Below, piece by piece: positions 44,696 to 54,544 of a stretch of 64,000 nt of DNA (its first letter is position 1; each line of letters opens with the position of its first letter). The notes below the pieces were generated by a model that was not told the origin of the DNA, ran no database searches, and saw only the letters and a list, made by a program, of their open reading frames with translations. Source of the stretch: Parcubacteria group bacterium Athens0714_16 (lineage in GTDB: Bacteria; Patescibacteriota; Minisyncoccia; Phycocordibacterales; 21-14-all-36-13); NCBI GenBank assembly GCA_007376805.1, contig VMGX01000001.1, positions 1,034 through 65,033 on the forward strand, read 5' to 3'. The position numbers and the translations under genes are program-made.

Positions 44696-45604
44696 TTATT
44701 TAAGTAATTCGTCTTTCACAAATTTACCCCATTCTGAAAAGTCCTCTGGGGAATAAGAATTGAGCATAACTGGTTGTCTTACTGGATGATAGCACCATGC
44801 AAACCAGCTAAAGCCATTCTCAATAATAAATTTTTTTAAAGGTAGAGCATATTCCTCTCTTGTAGATTTCATCATTTCTTCTTTAGGATTTAATCGTTCA
44901 TAACCACATTCCGTTATAATAATTGCGTGATTCTCTTTTAATTTTTTAACATTTATTTTGTCTAAATCCTTACTCCCAGGATAAATCATTATTCCAAAAA
45001 CAATATTATTTCCTTCAAATTGATTATCAAACAATGCATTAAGATTTTGTGGCCAATTCATGGCAGCAATAACAACAATATTTTCAGAATATTTTCTAAT
45101 TATACTAACAATAGAAGATGCAAACTCAACCCATTCTTTACCATTTATTCCTAAATAAAGAGCGGAAAGGATTTCAAAAAGTACATGGGATTCGTTGCCA
45201 TATCTTTTGGCTAATATCTCCGCAGTTTTTTTAGCTATTTCTGGTCTAGCATCATATTTCATATAACCCTCAATCAAAGTACCAGGCTGTCTTGTCTCTC
45301 CAGTAATAGGATTTCCTTGTCCGTGCCAGTCAAGAAGACAATACATATTGAGTTCTTTACATAAAGACACAATGGGATCCAATATATCTTCACAGTAATT
45401 TTCTCTCGACTGAAAATAGGCAGGACAAATTGGAACAGTAATAGCATTGGCTCCTATTTTTTTGATATTCTTGATATCTTCTAAGAAATCGTGATTCTCT
45501 TGATACTTTAAAACGCACGGGGAATTAATATTAACTCCCTTAAGAATTACCTCGTTGTTAGATTGATTTAATATTTTGTTTAATTCTATGTGTATTTTTT
45601 TCAT
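44696..45604 (-). CDS. Glycoside hydrolase, family 5-like (TIM barrel)
   Basis: LLDWHGQG and IITECGY (candidate nucleophile Glu) resemble GH5. The acid/base NEP motif is not clear. Confidence 0.5.
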   Translation of the reverse strand: MKKIHIELNKILNQSNNEVILKGVNINSPCVLKYQENHDFLEDIKNIKKIGANAITVPICPAYFQSRENYCEDILDPIVSLCKELNMYCLLDWHGQGNPITGETRQPGTLIEGYMKYDARPEIAKKTAEILAKRYGNESHVLFEILSALYLGINGKEWVEFASSIVSIIRKYSENIVVIAAMNWPQNLNALFDNQFEGNNIVFGIMIYPGSKDLDKINVKKLKENHAIIITECGYERLNPKEEMMKSTREEYALPLKKFIIENGFSWFAWCYHPVRQPVMLNSYSPEDFSEWGKFVKDELLK

Positions 45605-45619
45605 TTATTCATTGCTATG

Positions 45620-45690
45620 CGGGTCCACGAGGATTTGAACCTCGATCTTCGGTTTTGGAGACCGAAATTCTACCATTGAACTATAGACCC
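45620..45690 (-). tRNA. tRNA-Trp(CCA)
   Basis: GGGUCUA UA GUUC AAUGGUA GAAU U UCGGU CUCCAAA ACCGA AGAU CGAGG UUCAAAU CCUCG UGGACCC G. Confidence 0.85.
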
Positions 45691-45748
45691 TTATTTAAGA
45701 TAATATCACAAAAAAATAACTTAAAAACCTCTGGGAGAGGTTTTTAAG

Positions 45749-46099
45749 TTATTTTTTTGTTATGTGTTCTAAACGGTCAACACGAGTTTTCAGCAGTTTA
45801 AATTCATCACGAGTAATTTGATTATGTCTTATTATCGATAATTCTTTTTTTACAGTCCCCATATCATTCTCTACATTTTCAAGTCGATTTTCTACACCGC
45901 CAAGTTGATTTTCTACACCGCCAAGTCTATTTTCTACATTTTCAAGTCTAGCCGTATGTTCTGTCACAATTTCTTTAACATCACCCAATACCTCACCAAA
46001 TACTTTAAATTGAGATCTTATATCTTCAAGTACAACAGTATATTCATCTCTAGAATGATGATTTTGAGTACTTTCTTTTTTGATTATCTTCTTCGTCAT
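45749..46099 (-). CDS. Coiled-coil protein with short tandem repeats
   Basis: LENVENRLGGVENQLGGVENRLENVEND repeat encoded by nucleotide tandem repeats near 45880-45950. Confidence 0.4.
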   Translation of the reverse strand: MTKKIIKKESTQNHHSRDEYTVVLEDIRSQFKVFGEVLGDVKEIVTEHTARLENVENRLGGVENQLGGVENRLENVENDMGTVKKELSIIRHNQITRDEFKLLKTRVDRLEHITKK

Positions 46100-46136
46100 G
46101 ATTTTATAATATCATAACTATTAATTACAAAACAAA

Positions 46137-46298
46137 TTACTTCTTACTCTCTTTATGTGGTGTATGTGCCTTGCACCATTTACAATACTTCTTTAATTCT
46201 ATTTTTTCAACAGTAGTTTTTTTATTTTTCCTTGTATAGTAATTAACCCTCTTGCAAGTGGTACATTGAAGTTTTATAAGATTTTTCTGTGAAGCCAT
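46137..46298 (-). CDS. rpmG: 50S ribosomal protein L33
   Basis: ATG 46296-46298 to TAA 46137-46139: MASQKNLIKLQCTTCKRVNYYTRKNKKTTVEKIELKKYCKWCKAHTPHKESKK. This is the L33 CxxC...CxxC pattern. Not in the ORF track (53 aa). Confidence 0.8.
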   Translation of the reverse strand: MASQKNLIKLQCTTCKRVNYYTRKNKKTTVEKIELKKYCKWCKAHTPHKESKK

Positions 46299-46399
46299 AT
46301 CCAAGGAGAATACTATATTTTATCAAATCGTGCAAATATTAAAATAATAAAAAAAATCGAGGCAATTTTAATGCCTCGATTCAAACACAAAGAACTTTG

Positions 46400-47392
46400 T
46401 TAATTAAATGTCAATCTCAATGAACCAAAAACAGCCCAATCTTTCTTTTCTTCACCGAGAGGTGTTTGATAGTCAATAATTAATTTATTATTGACTAAAT
46501 CCCCGACGTTGAAATTAAACGAAACACCGGTAGTAATAAAACTTCTTTTCCCAGTGGAACTCTCTAAACCATTTTCAGCTTGAACATGCCAATCAAAATT
46601 ATTAAATTTTAATCCAGTAGCCATTCTATAGCTAAAAAGAGCTTCTTCAAAAAAAACATCCCCGTTGAAAAAAAATGGGCCACTTTTTGAATTGTACAAA
46701 TCAAAACCAGCTCCCCATCTTAATCTTTCATTTGAATATTCAAAAGAAGATTCAATGGTTAAATCATAGTTAATAATATTAACTATGAGTAGCCCAGATG
46801 TTTGGAGATTCGTATTTTTACCTTCACCATAAAAAGGTTTTTGCCCTATTGGATATGCAAGATTTGTTACATCAAATATAAATTTGACATTTTTCTGTGC
46901 CTGTAATTCTATCTGAACTCCGCCGGCATAAAGACCAAAAAATGGTTCTCCAACTCCCAACCCTTTCGCTGTGTATGTTTCGTATTCATAAGGAACAGAC
47001 AAAGCAGCTGCGGTTTTAAATCTACCAATTTTTATACTAACTGGTAATTCAACAGCAAAACTGGTTTGGATATAAATTTGATTTACAAAATCTTGAGAAA
47101 GAATTTCCATTTTGTCTTCACTTTTTTTAAGTGAAACATCTGTTTTCAATTCCAAAAAATTATATTTCAATCCAACAAGTACTCTTAATTCATTGAATTG
47201 AATCGATGCCGAATCGTTCTTTATTTTTTTAAAATCAGCCACTAAAAAACCAGCCGACGAAACAGAAAATAAATCTTTAGAAAAAAGAATATTGTGTTCT
47301 TTTCCGTTTAAAATTTGTTTCTGTGAAAAAATGTTTGACGAAATAAATATCGTCAAGAGTAAGAAGTGGGTTAGAAAAATACTTTTTTTCAT
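46400..47392 (-). CDS. Secreted protein with beta-barrel-like alternating pattern
   Basis: Signal peptide MKKSIFLTHFLLLTIFISSNIFS, many amphipathic beta-strand-like segments rich in G/Y/F, and a C-terminus ..GSLRLTFN. Confidence 0.45.
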   Translation of the reverse strand: MKKSIFLTHFLLLTIFISSNIFSQKQILNGKEHNILFSKDLFSVSSAGFLVADFKKIKNDSASIQFNELRVLVGLKYNFLELKTDVSLKKSEDKMEILSQDFVNQIYIQTSFAVELPVSIKIGRFKTAAALSVPYEYETYTAKGLGVGEPFFGLYAGGVQIELQAQKNVKFIFDVTNLAYPIGQKPFYGEGKNTNLQTSGLLIVNIINYDLTIESSFEYSNERLRWGAGFDLYNSKSGPFFFNGDVFFEEALFSYRMATGLKFNNFDWHVQAENGLESSTGKRSFITTGVSFNFNVGDLVNNKLIIDYQTPLGEEKKDWAVFGSLRLTFN

Positions 47393-47602
47393 TTTGAAAC
47401 TCCTATATTGTTTTTGGTTTGTTATTTTAAAAAACTCAATCTAATGAAAAAGTAATACAAAATGAGAAGCTAGTCAATTATAATTTTAAAAATTATTTTT
47501 TTATAACAAAAATAATCATATTTAGAGCCATTTTTTTAATTATTATTTAATTTATAAAAAACGCGTGTAAAATTTACACGCGTTTTTTATTTGTTTTCAA
47601 AA

Positions 47603-47674
47603 CCCTGTTAAATCCTGCTTCACTCAACATAGACAAAGCAGTAATCCGACCAACTGGCGGATTATTTAACAGGG
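47603..47674. mobile_element. Family B-like short element, copy B2
   Basis: ccctgttaaat ... atttaacaggg termini around two small GC hairpins. Confidence 0.6.
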
Positions 47675-47678
47675 CGAG

Positions 47679-47927
47679 TTATTTAACAAGATAAACAATC
47701 GCCCCCTCCTTGGTTTCTTCAGATAATTTTATAGCGACATCATCCCCTTTCTTCGCAGAATTTACATCCTTATGATCTATTTGCATTGAATCTATGGTTT
47801 CCTCAAACTCTATATCTCCTTTCATAATTTTTATCTTGTCGCCTTTTTTAAGAGAACCATTTAGTTTTATCACGGCAACATTTATCTTATCAAACCAGTG
47901 TGTAATTACACCTATTTCTTTTTCCAT
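47679..47927 (-). CDS. Small beta-barrel protein resembling translation-factor domain II
   Basis: GVITHWFDKINVAVIKL..LKKGDKIKI...KKGDDVAIKL pattern. Confidence 0.4.
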   Translation of the reverse strand: MEKEIGVITHWFDKINVAVIKLNGSLKKGDKIKIMKGDIEFEETIDSMQIDHKDVNSAKKGDDVAIKLSEETKEGAIVYLVK

Positions 47928-48348
47928 ATTAAAATTTTAAAATCCAATAACTTCTATTAAGTGAGGTTGCCCATGTCGACCATAAGCATGGAAACTGCAA
48001 TTAATTATATCAGATACAAAAAAGGAGTTAAGCAAACAATTTTATTAACTATTTAAATGGCTTTAACTGGGCTTAAAATATATCTCAAGAAGAGACTTAT
48101 TTAAAAAAATATTGTGGATTAAAATTCTCTAATGGAGAGTTTTTTAAAAAAAAATAAAAAATTATGGATGAAAACTCTCCAGTGAAGAGTTTTCATTTGT
48201 GCAGTATATTGAAATTAGTCCGAACGCATTTTTCCGAAAAATCCCCCCCGCGAAAATCCGAAAATACGGCGGAGCCGTATCGCTAACAATTTTCACCCTA
48301 CGGGTGATCTGCCTCTGGCATGACAAGTTTTTCTTTGGCGGCAATCAA

Positions 48349-49059
48349 TTAATTACTCGGAGCAATACCAACCCGTTCAGGATTATCAAAAATGACATTC
48401 TCACAAAATTCAACAAATTTTTTTTTAATCTCCGTCGTCTCCGGACTACTCGAAGGAAAAGGCGGACGAGAATCCATAAATGGTTTCTCAATCCATTTTT
48501 GTCCGCCTCTTACAAAATTTTCTCTCAATCCGGCAGACCCCAAATCCCACTTATGTCTTTTAACCGAATTCTCTAACTTGTTAGCTTCCGTATATATTTC
48601 ATTTATGTATCGGCTATATGCATCTATGAGTTTCTTCTCAGAATACATTTCTCCAAATTCGTGGGTGCTGTCTTCTACTTGTTTTTCGGAAAGTTTAGAA
48701 AAGAAGCCGGCTCTCCTTGCCAAATCCATTGCCCCAGCGTGTTTCTTGAACAGGGCGAAAATTTCATTTTTGTGTTCCGCTAAAAATCCTTTGGCAATCA
48801 ATACACGATCTCTTTTTCGAATTAGTCCGATATCAAAAATTTTCGATAGTATTCTGAAAATAAAACTTAAGGCAAAATTGATTATAGCGCCGACCACAAA
48901 AATACCGATTAACAAACCCCATATGCCGAAAAACAAAAATCCAAAAATACCAACGACCAACATTAAACCCCAAGGAAAAGCGTCATAATCCCAACTTTTC
49001 TTTATGATAATTAAAGAAATAACTGTCGCAATTATGAATATCCAAAGTCCAGTTTCCAT
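48349..49059 (-). CDS. Hypothetical membrane protein (3 TM plus cytoplasmic domain)
   Basis: The N-terminal 75 aa are hydrophobic and the rest is charged. The antisense ORF 48392..48988 is rejected. Confidence 0.4.
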   Translation of the reverse strand: METGLWIFIIATVISLIIIKKSWDYDAFPWGLMLVVGIFGFLFFGIWGLLIGIFVVGAIINFALSFIFRILSKIFDIGLIRKRDRVLIAKGFLAEHKNEIFALFKKHAGAMDLARRAGFFSKLSEKQVEDSTHEFGEMYSEKKLIDAYSRYINEIYTEANKLENSVKRHKWDLGSAGLRENFVRGGQKWIEKPFMDSRPPFPSSSPETTEIKKKFVEFCENVIFDNPERVGIAPSN

Positions 49060-49068
49060 AAAAATAAA

Positions 49069-49320
49069 TTAAGCTAACGCTGGGTATGAGCCATTACATT
49101 TTATATCTAAACAACTGTTACAAATCTGATGGAAAATTCCGGTTTCTACGGTTTTTTCATCGCAGAACTTTTTCTCCATTTCGTTTAATGGCTTTTGGCA
49201 AAATTCGCATTTTTCAAATATGAAACCGGATTTTGATTCGTATATCATAGGATTAAAAAATTTTCTTTCCCCAAAATGCGAAACCGCCAATTCGTTTTTG
49301 CCCCCAAAATTGAATACCAA
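49069..49320 (-). CDS. Hypothetical Cys-rich (zinc-ribbon-like) small protein, start uncertain
   Basis: CEFC..17 aa..C..then CNSC..C. The track start is a TTG; an internal ATG (MIYESKS, 49246-49248) is an alternative. Confidence 0.3.
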   Translation of the reverse strand: MVFNFGGKNELAVSHFGERKFFNPMIYESKSGFIFEKCEFCQKPLNEMEKKFCDEKTVETGIFHQICNSCLDIKCNGSYPALA

Positions 49321-49397
49321 TTAGTAGCCGAGTCCGCCGAAATGGCGGATAAACTCCGCGAGGCGAACCTTCAAAACTTGCAATTTCCTCAATGGTG

Positions 49398-49464
49398 GAA
49401 CCTACGTAGCCCAAAGGGCGACAGATTTACAGTCTGTTGCGATTGACCGCTCCGCCACCGACGC
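49398..49464 (-). tRNA. tRNA-Tyr(GUA)-like gene, canonical to T-loop position 56 with no matching 3' end found in the window
   Basis: GCGUCGG UG GCG GAGCGGUCAAU CGC A ACAGA CUGUAAA UCUGU CGCCCUUUGGGCUAC GUAGG UUC, then unrelated GC-hairpin sequence. The D-arm, anticodon arm and long variable arm closely parallel bacterial tRNA-Tyr. Confidence 0.55.
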
Positions 49465-49473
49465 AACAGGTGT

Positions 49474-49501
49474 ATAATAACAAAAAAAAATACATTTTCA
49501 A
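49474..49501 (-). promoter_or_regulatory. Promoter for the tRNA-Tyr-like gene
   Basis: Minus strand TTGAAA-N16-TATTAT. The predicted start is 3-4 nt before G1 of the tRNA-like sequence. Confidence 0.5.
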
Positions 49502-49518
49502 AATATAAATAATTATTT

Positions 49519-52224
49519 TTACACTCCGACTTTCCTTTTCTGGGGTTCTTTCAAAATAGGGCTTTTTTTCTTTGAGATATTTTTGCTCTCTTTTTTAACA
49601 TCAAAAATTAATTCATTTTTATCATCAATACCAATAGCAACCGTTCCCCCCTCTGCAACACTCCTTGATACCATTATATTGGCCATAGGAGTCAAAATCT
49701 TGCTTTGTATGAGCCTTTTTAGTGGTCTAGCACCATATTGTGGGCTATATCCTTCACTGGCAATAAATGTCAAAACTTCTGGTTTTATTTCCATATTTAT
49801 ATTTTTATCAAACAATCTTTTTTGAACCATACCAATTTGAATATTAACAATTTCTCTTATTGCTTCTTTGCTCAAAACATTAAATACAATTATTTCATCC
49901 AAACGATTTAAAAATTCTGGTCTAAAATAATCTTTCAGTGCGTTTGTTACTCTTTTCTTTGCATCTTCGTATTCTTCACCGTCGTCGCTATTATCAAACC
50001 CTATGGTCTGCATCTTATCTATAAATTCACTTCCAATATTTGATGTCAAAATAATAACCGTGTTTTTAAAATTAACCACCCTTCCCTTTGAATCGGTTAA
50101 TCTTCCGTTATCAAGAACCTGTAAAAGAATATTAAACACTTCTGGATGTGCTTTTTCTATTTCATCAAATAAAATAACAGAATAAGGTCTATGTCTAACC
50201 ATCTCTGTTAAAATTCCACCCTCTTCATATCCAACATAACCGGCCGGCGAACCTATCATTTTTGAAACGGAATGTCTTTCCATAAATTCAGACATATCCA
50301 CACGAATAAGTGCCTTATCATCACTAAACAAAAATCTAGCGAGTGTTTTTGTAAGTTCCGTTTTCCCAACACCTGTTGGTCCAAGAAACATAAAAGAACC
50401 TATCGGTTTTTCTGGGTCAGAAATTCCAACACGAGATCTTTTAATTGCATCTGTAATTTTTCTCACAGCTTCGTCCTGACCAATAACACTTTTTTTGAGT
50501 TCTTCTTCCATTCTCGAAAGTTTTTGAACTTCCCCTTCAAGCATCTTCGTAACAGGTATCCCGGTCCACTTTGAAACAACCTCGGCTATATCCGATTCAA
50601 CAACTTCTTCTCTAAGTATTCTTCTTGAACTTTGTAGTTTTTTTAATTTTTTTGTTTTTGTTTCAAGTTTCTTTTCTAGTGCGGGAATTTCACCATATCT
50701 TATTTCTGCAACACGAGAAAGGTCGGATAAAATCTCCGCATTATCTGCATTGATTCTTGACTTCTCTAAATCTTTTTTTATTTCTTTTATTTCTGAATAT
50801 GTATCTTTTTCTCCAAGCCACTTTAATTCAAGTTCTGAAGTTTTTTCTCTCAAATCAGCAATTTCTTTTTCAATTTCTTTTACTCTTTCTTTTGCTTTTT
50901 TACCACCCGAAGAAGTACTGGCTTCTTTCTTAAGAGCTTGTTTCTCTATTTCTAAACGAAGAATTTTTCTATGGGTTTCTTCAAGAATTGGTGGTTTATT
51001 TTCCAAAGACATTCTTAGTGAAGAACATGCTTCGTCTATGAGATCGACAGCCTTATCGGGCATAAATCTATCACTTATATATCTGCTACTTAAATTAACA
51101 GCAGAAACTATTGCTTCATCTAAAATTTTAACTCCGTGAAAAATTTCATATTTTTCTTTTAAACCACGAAGAATTGCAATTGCATCTTCAAGAGATGGTT
51201 CTTGAACATAAACTGGTTGAAATCTTCTGGTTAGTGCTGGATCTTTTTCTATGTGTTTTTGGTACTCCTTTAATGTCGTTGCCCCAACGGCTCTAAGTTC
51301 CCCCCGAGAAAGTGCTGGCTTTAACATGTTTGAAGCATCCATGGCTCCTTCGGCGGCACCCGCACCAACAATCGTATGAATTTCATCAATAAATAATATT
51401 ATTTTACCTTTTGATTTTTCGATATCTTTTATTATTCCCTTTAATCTTTCTTCAAACTCGCCTCTGTATTTTGTTCCTGCAATAAGTGAACCTAAATCAA
51501 GAGAAACAATGTCTTTGTCTTTTAATGATTCCGGCACGTCTCCACTGCTCATCCTTTGTGCGAGTCCTTCAATAATTGCAGTTTTGCCAACTCCCGCTTC
51601 TCCTATCAATATAGGATTATTTTTTGTTCTTCTGGATAATATTTGTATTATTCTATTTATTTCTTTATCTCTTCCGATAACTGGGTCAAGTTTATTTTCT
51701 GAAGCAAGTTTTGTTAAACTTCTTGTATATTTACCAATAGATCTTAATTTTTTAGGTGCTTCAACTTCTGTATCTTTATTATTTCTTATTTCTTCAAGAG
51801 CTTTTAAAACCATTTCTTGAGTTATTTTAAAACGAGACAAAACAGTTTTTGCTGAACTTTCAACACTAAACATTGAAAGAAAAATATGTTCCGTAGAAAC
51901 AAATTCATCATTCAATCTTTGTGCAACCTTTGATGATTCTTCAAGAATTCTTGCAAACTCTGGTGTTAAATACATTTGATATGATGGGGATAAAACAGTT
52001 GAACTTTCTGGCCTATCAAGCATTTCAATGACAGAATCAGTTAGCAATACGATATCAACGTCCAAAATTTCCAATATTGAAAAAACCATACTTTCTTCTT
52101 GTAAAATCAGAGCAGCCAAAAGATGCGCTGGATTTACACTGTTTTGACCACGTTCAATAGCTAGCTCGTGAGCTCTTTTGATTGCTTCTTTTCCTTTTGT
52201 TGTAAAATTATGAAATGGTGGCAT
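49519..52224 (-). CDS. clpB: Chaperone ClpB (two AAA+ modules plus middle coiled coil)
   Basis: [24 protein letters not shown], sensor motifs, and a long coiled-coil M domain. Confidence 0.95.
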   Translation of the reverse strand: MPPFHNFTTKGKEAIKRAHELAIERGQNSVNPAHLLAALILQEESMVFSILEILDVDIVLLTDSVIEMLDRPESSTVLSPSYQMYLTPEFARILEESSKVAQRLNDEFVSTEHIFLSMFSVESSAKTVLSRFKITQEMVLKALEEIRNNKDTEVEAPKKLRSIGKYTRSLTKLASENKLDPVIGRDKEINRIIQILSRRTKNNPILIGEAGVGKTAIIEGLAQRMSSGDVPESLKDKDIVSLDLGSLIAGTKYRGEFEERLKGIIKDIEKSKGKIILFIDEIHTIVGAGAAEGAMDASNMLKPALSRGELRAVGATTLKEYQKHIEKDPALTRRFQPVYVQEPSLEDAIAILRGLKEKYEIFHGVKILDEAIVSAVNLSSRYISDRFMPDKAVDLIDEACSSLRMSLENKPPILEETHRKILRLEIEKQALKKEASTSSGGKKAKERVKEIEKEIADLREKTSELELKWLGEKDTYSEIKEIKKDLEKSRINADNAEILSDLSRVAEIRYGEIPALEKKLETKTKKLKKLQSSRRILREEVVESDIAEVVSKWTGIPVTKMLEGEVQKLSRMEEELKKSVIGQDEAVRKITDAIKRSRVGISDPEKPIGSFMFLGPTGVGKTELTKTLARFLFSDDKALIRVDMSEFMERHSVSKMIGSPAGYVGYEEGGILTEMVRHRPYSVILFDEIEKAHPEVFNILLQVLDNGRLTDSKGRVVNFKNTVIILTSNIGSEFIDKMQTIGFDNSDDGEEYEDAKKRVTNALKDYFRPEFLNRLDEIIVFNVLSKEAIREIVNIQIGMVQKRLFDKNINMEIKPEVLTFIASEGYSPQYGARPLKRLIQSKILTPMANIMVSRSVAEGGTVAIGIDDKNELIFDVKKESKNISKKKSPILKEPQKRKVGV

Positions 52225-52303
52225 AACAATAAATGATTTTAATACTAAATTTAAAACTAGTCAGATAGAAATATTATACGACAATTCTAAATTGTAGTCA
52301 ATT

Positions 52304-53209
52304 CTATTTTTTTACAGAATCTTTTGGGTCGGGCAATTTAACAAGACCTAATTGTTCTATTATATAATCTGAGGGAATAATAATAAATCCATCTTTTGAA
52401 ATTACATTTAAACCAACGACTTCTCCAAAAAGATTAAGTAATGGGACTCCCATAATTTTTATTGGTTGTATAGATGTTTGAATTTCTGACGTTATTGTTT
52501 TTTTAACTTCCGGTGTTGCATCCTTACCATTTGCTTTCTCAACAGCTTCTTTAACTACAATATTTTCCTGTAAAATACTTGAAACAATTCCTTCTGTAAC
52601 AGAATCTCTATCTTCCCCGCCTATGGCAATCACCGTTTGCCCTAATTTCAAATTTTTTGAATCTGAAAAAGACACTGGATTAAATACATAATTTTCTTTA
52701 TCTTTTACACTTGTTATATCTCCTATAAAAATATTGCTCCCATCGTTACTTTTATCTTCTATAGAAAATGTCCTGTTATCATATGTTGAAATAATATAAT
52801 TTTTTTGTTTATTAAAAAAACTACCATCCGAAATTATTCTTCCGTCTTTAGATACAACAACACCTATTGATACAAAAGCTCCGAGTTTATTATTTTCTTC
52901 TTTGGTGCCCGTGTCTAATTTTTCATATATTCTTACAATACTTTTTGAACCATTTTCAATAGATTTTGTTATTAAATCTTCCTCTTTAACAACAACGGTT
53001 TTTTCTGAGGTTATAACTGATGCGCCCTGTTTATCTGGAACAATTTTTTCAATAGTTCTTTCCAAAATTCTATTAACGGTTTGGGTGGTGCCTGGAGGAG
53101 TTTGGCCTAAAAGAGTGACGGTCACTATTCCGGTTGCAATAGAAGTAACAAAGCTTACAAGTAGTGTAAGAAGTATTATTTGTTGTTTTGTTAGTTCTTC
53201 AAGCTTCAT
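52304..53209 (-). CDS. Membrane-anchored trypsin-fold (HtrA-like) protein, catalytic residues not evident
   Basis: LKLGQTVIAIGGEDRDSVTEGIVSSI and IQTSIQPIKIMGVPLLNLFGEVVGLNV align by eye to the HtrA core. The GNSGGP serine and the TNxHV histidine are replaced. Confidence 0.45.
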   Translation of the reverse strand: MKLEELTKQQIILLTLLVSFVTSIATGIVTVTLLGQTPPGTTQTVNRILERTIEKIVPDKQGASVITSEKTVVVKEEDLITKSIENGSKSIVRIYEKLDTGTKEENNKLGAFVSIGVVVSKDGRIISDGSFFNKQKNYIISTYDNRTFSIEDKSNDGSNIFIGDITSVKDKENYVFNPVSFSDSKNLKLGQTVIAIGGEDRDSVTEGIVSSILQENIVVKEAVEKANGKDATPEVKKTITSEIQTSIQPIKIMGVPLLNLFGEVVGLNVISKDGFIIIPSDYIIEQLGLVKLPDPKDSVKK

Positions 53210-53259
53210 TGGAACTTATTGTATTTTATTATTTATAAAATATCAAGCCCTTTCTTGGT

Positions 53260-54459
53260 TTATACGAATTTTTTGAGCTTTTCCACAACAAAATCCAAAT
53301 CCTCTTTCGTTGTTTCTTTTCCTAGAGAAAATCTCACACCCCCCATTTTTACTTTATCTCTATTTATGGCATTTAAAACATAAGAATCGCCATCCTTATT
53401 ATTTAAACAAGAGCTTTTCGTTGAACAAAAAATTTTGTTTTCATCAAGTTGAACCACAAGAAATTCGTGGTCTACATTTTTAAATGAAATATTTATATTA
53501 TTTGGAGTTCTTTGTTCTATGCTTCCATTTAATTTAGAATCTGGAATTTCTTTTAAGATTCTATCTATAAAATATTCGCGTAATTTTAAAATTTTATTTG
53601 AAATCTCTTCTCTTTCGTTTGATGCAATTTCAAGAGCTTTAGATAAACCAACAATGAGTGGAATATTTTCTGTCCCGGACCTTAACCCAAATTCTTGAGA
53701 GCCACCAAAAAATAGTGGTTGAATTTTTATTCCATTTTTAATATACAGAGCACCAACTCCTTTTGGCCCGTATATCTTTTGCCCATCTATGGTTAACATA
53801 TCAACGCCAAGTTTTTTAACATCCAAACCAAAAAATAAAGGTGCCTGACTTGCATCTGTGTGAAATATTGGAAATTCTAAATTTGGGAATATTGAATTTT
53901 TAGAATTAATTTTTCTGTGTTTTCTGATTATTTTTGCAATTTCTGAAATTGGTTGTATTGTTCCTATTTCATTATTTACCATCATTATAGAAACAAAAAT
54001 TGTTTTTTCTTTAATACTTGCTGTAAATTCTTTTAAATCAACAAGTCCTTGCTCATTAACTTTTACATAACTCACGCTAAGCCCATCTTCTTCCAAATGT
54101 TTAAAAGTTTTTAAAACTGATGAATGTTCAATTTCACTCGTAATTGCATGATAACCATTTAATGTTCCTGTCTCTTTTTTTATTTGATTAAAAAATCCAA
54201 GAATCGCTAAATTATTTGATTCTGTCCCGCCGGATGTAAAAATTATTTCTTTCGCGTTTGCACCAAAAATTTTAGCAATTTTTTCTCGTGATTCATCAAG
54301 TGTTTTTTTTGCATCTCTGCCAAACTTGTGATTTTCACCAGCATTTCCATATTTTTCATTCCAGTATGATTTCATTACGTCTAAAACCTCCCTGCTTACA
54401 GGTGTTGATGAAACATAATCTAAACATATTTCTTTTTCTTTTTTGCTAAAAAAATTCAT
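53260..54459 (-). CDS. Cysteine desulfurase / class V aminotransferase
   Basis: From ATG 54457-54459. Motifs FTSGGTESNN, HTDASQA, DGQKIYGPKGVGALY and GTENIP. Confidence 0.85.
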   Translation of the reverse strand: MNFFSKKEKEICLDYVSSTPVSREVLDVMKSYWNEKYGNAGENHKFGRDAKKTLDESREKIAKIFGANAKEIIFTSGGTESNNLAILGFFNQIKKETGTLNGYHAITSEIEHSSVLKTFKHLEEDGLSVSYVKVNEQGLVDLKEFTASIKEKTIFVSIMMVNNEIGTIQPISEIAKIIRKHRKINSKNSIFPNLEFPIFHTDASQAPLFFGLDVKKLGVDMLTIDGQKIYGPKGVGALYIKNGIKIQPLFFGGSQEFGLRSGTENIPLIVGLSKALEIASNEREEISNKILKLREYFIDRILKEIPDSKLNGSIEQRTPNNINISFKNVDHEFLVVQLDENKIFCSTKSSCLNNKDGDSYVLNAINRDKVKMGGVRFSLGKETTKEDLDFVVEKLKKFV

Positions 54460-54544
54460 AAATAATATATTATCAAAATAACACATTAATAACTGTTTTA
54501 AAAATAAAAAAAACACGCTCAATGGAGCGTGTTTAAACATAAAC

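Noticed and set aside
49385-49410. T-box leader: plus strand AAUGGUGGAACCUACG resembles the T-box consensus GGGUGGNACCGCG
   Set aside because: No plus-strand gene follows, since clpB is convergent on the minus strand. The minus-strand reading gives a much better match to tRNA-Tyr with its own promoter.
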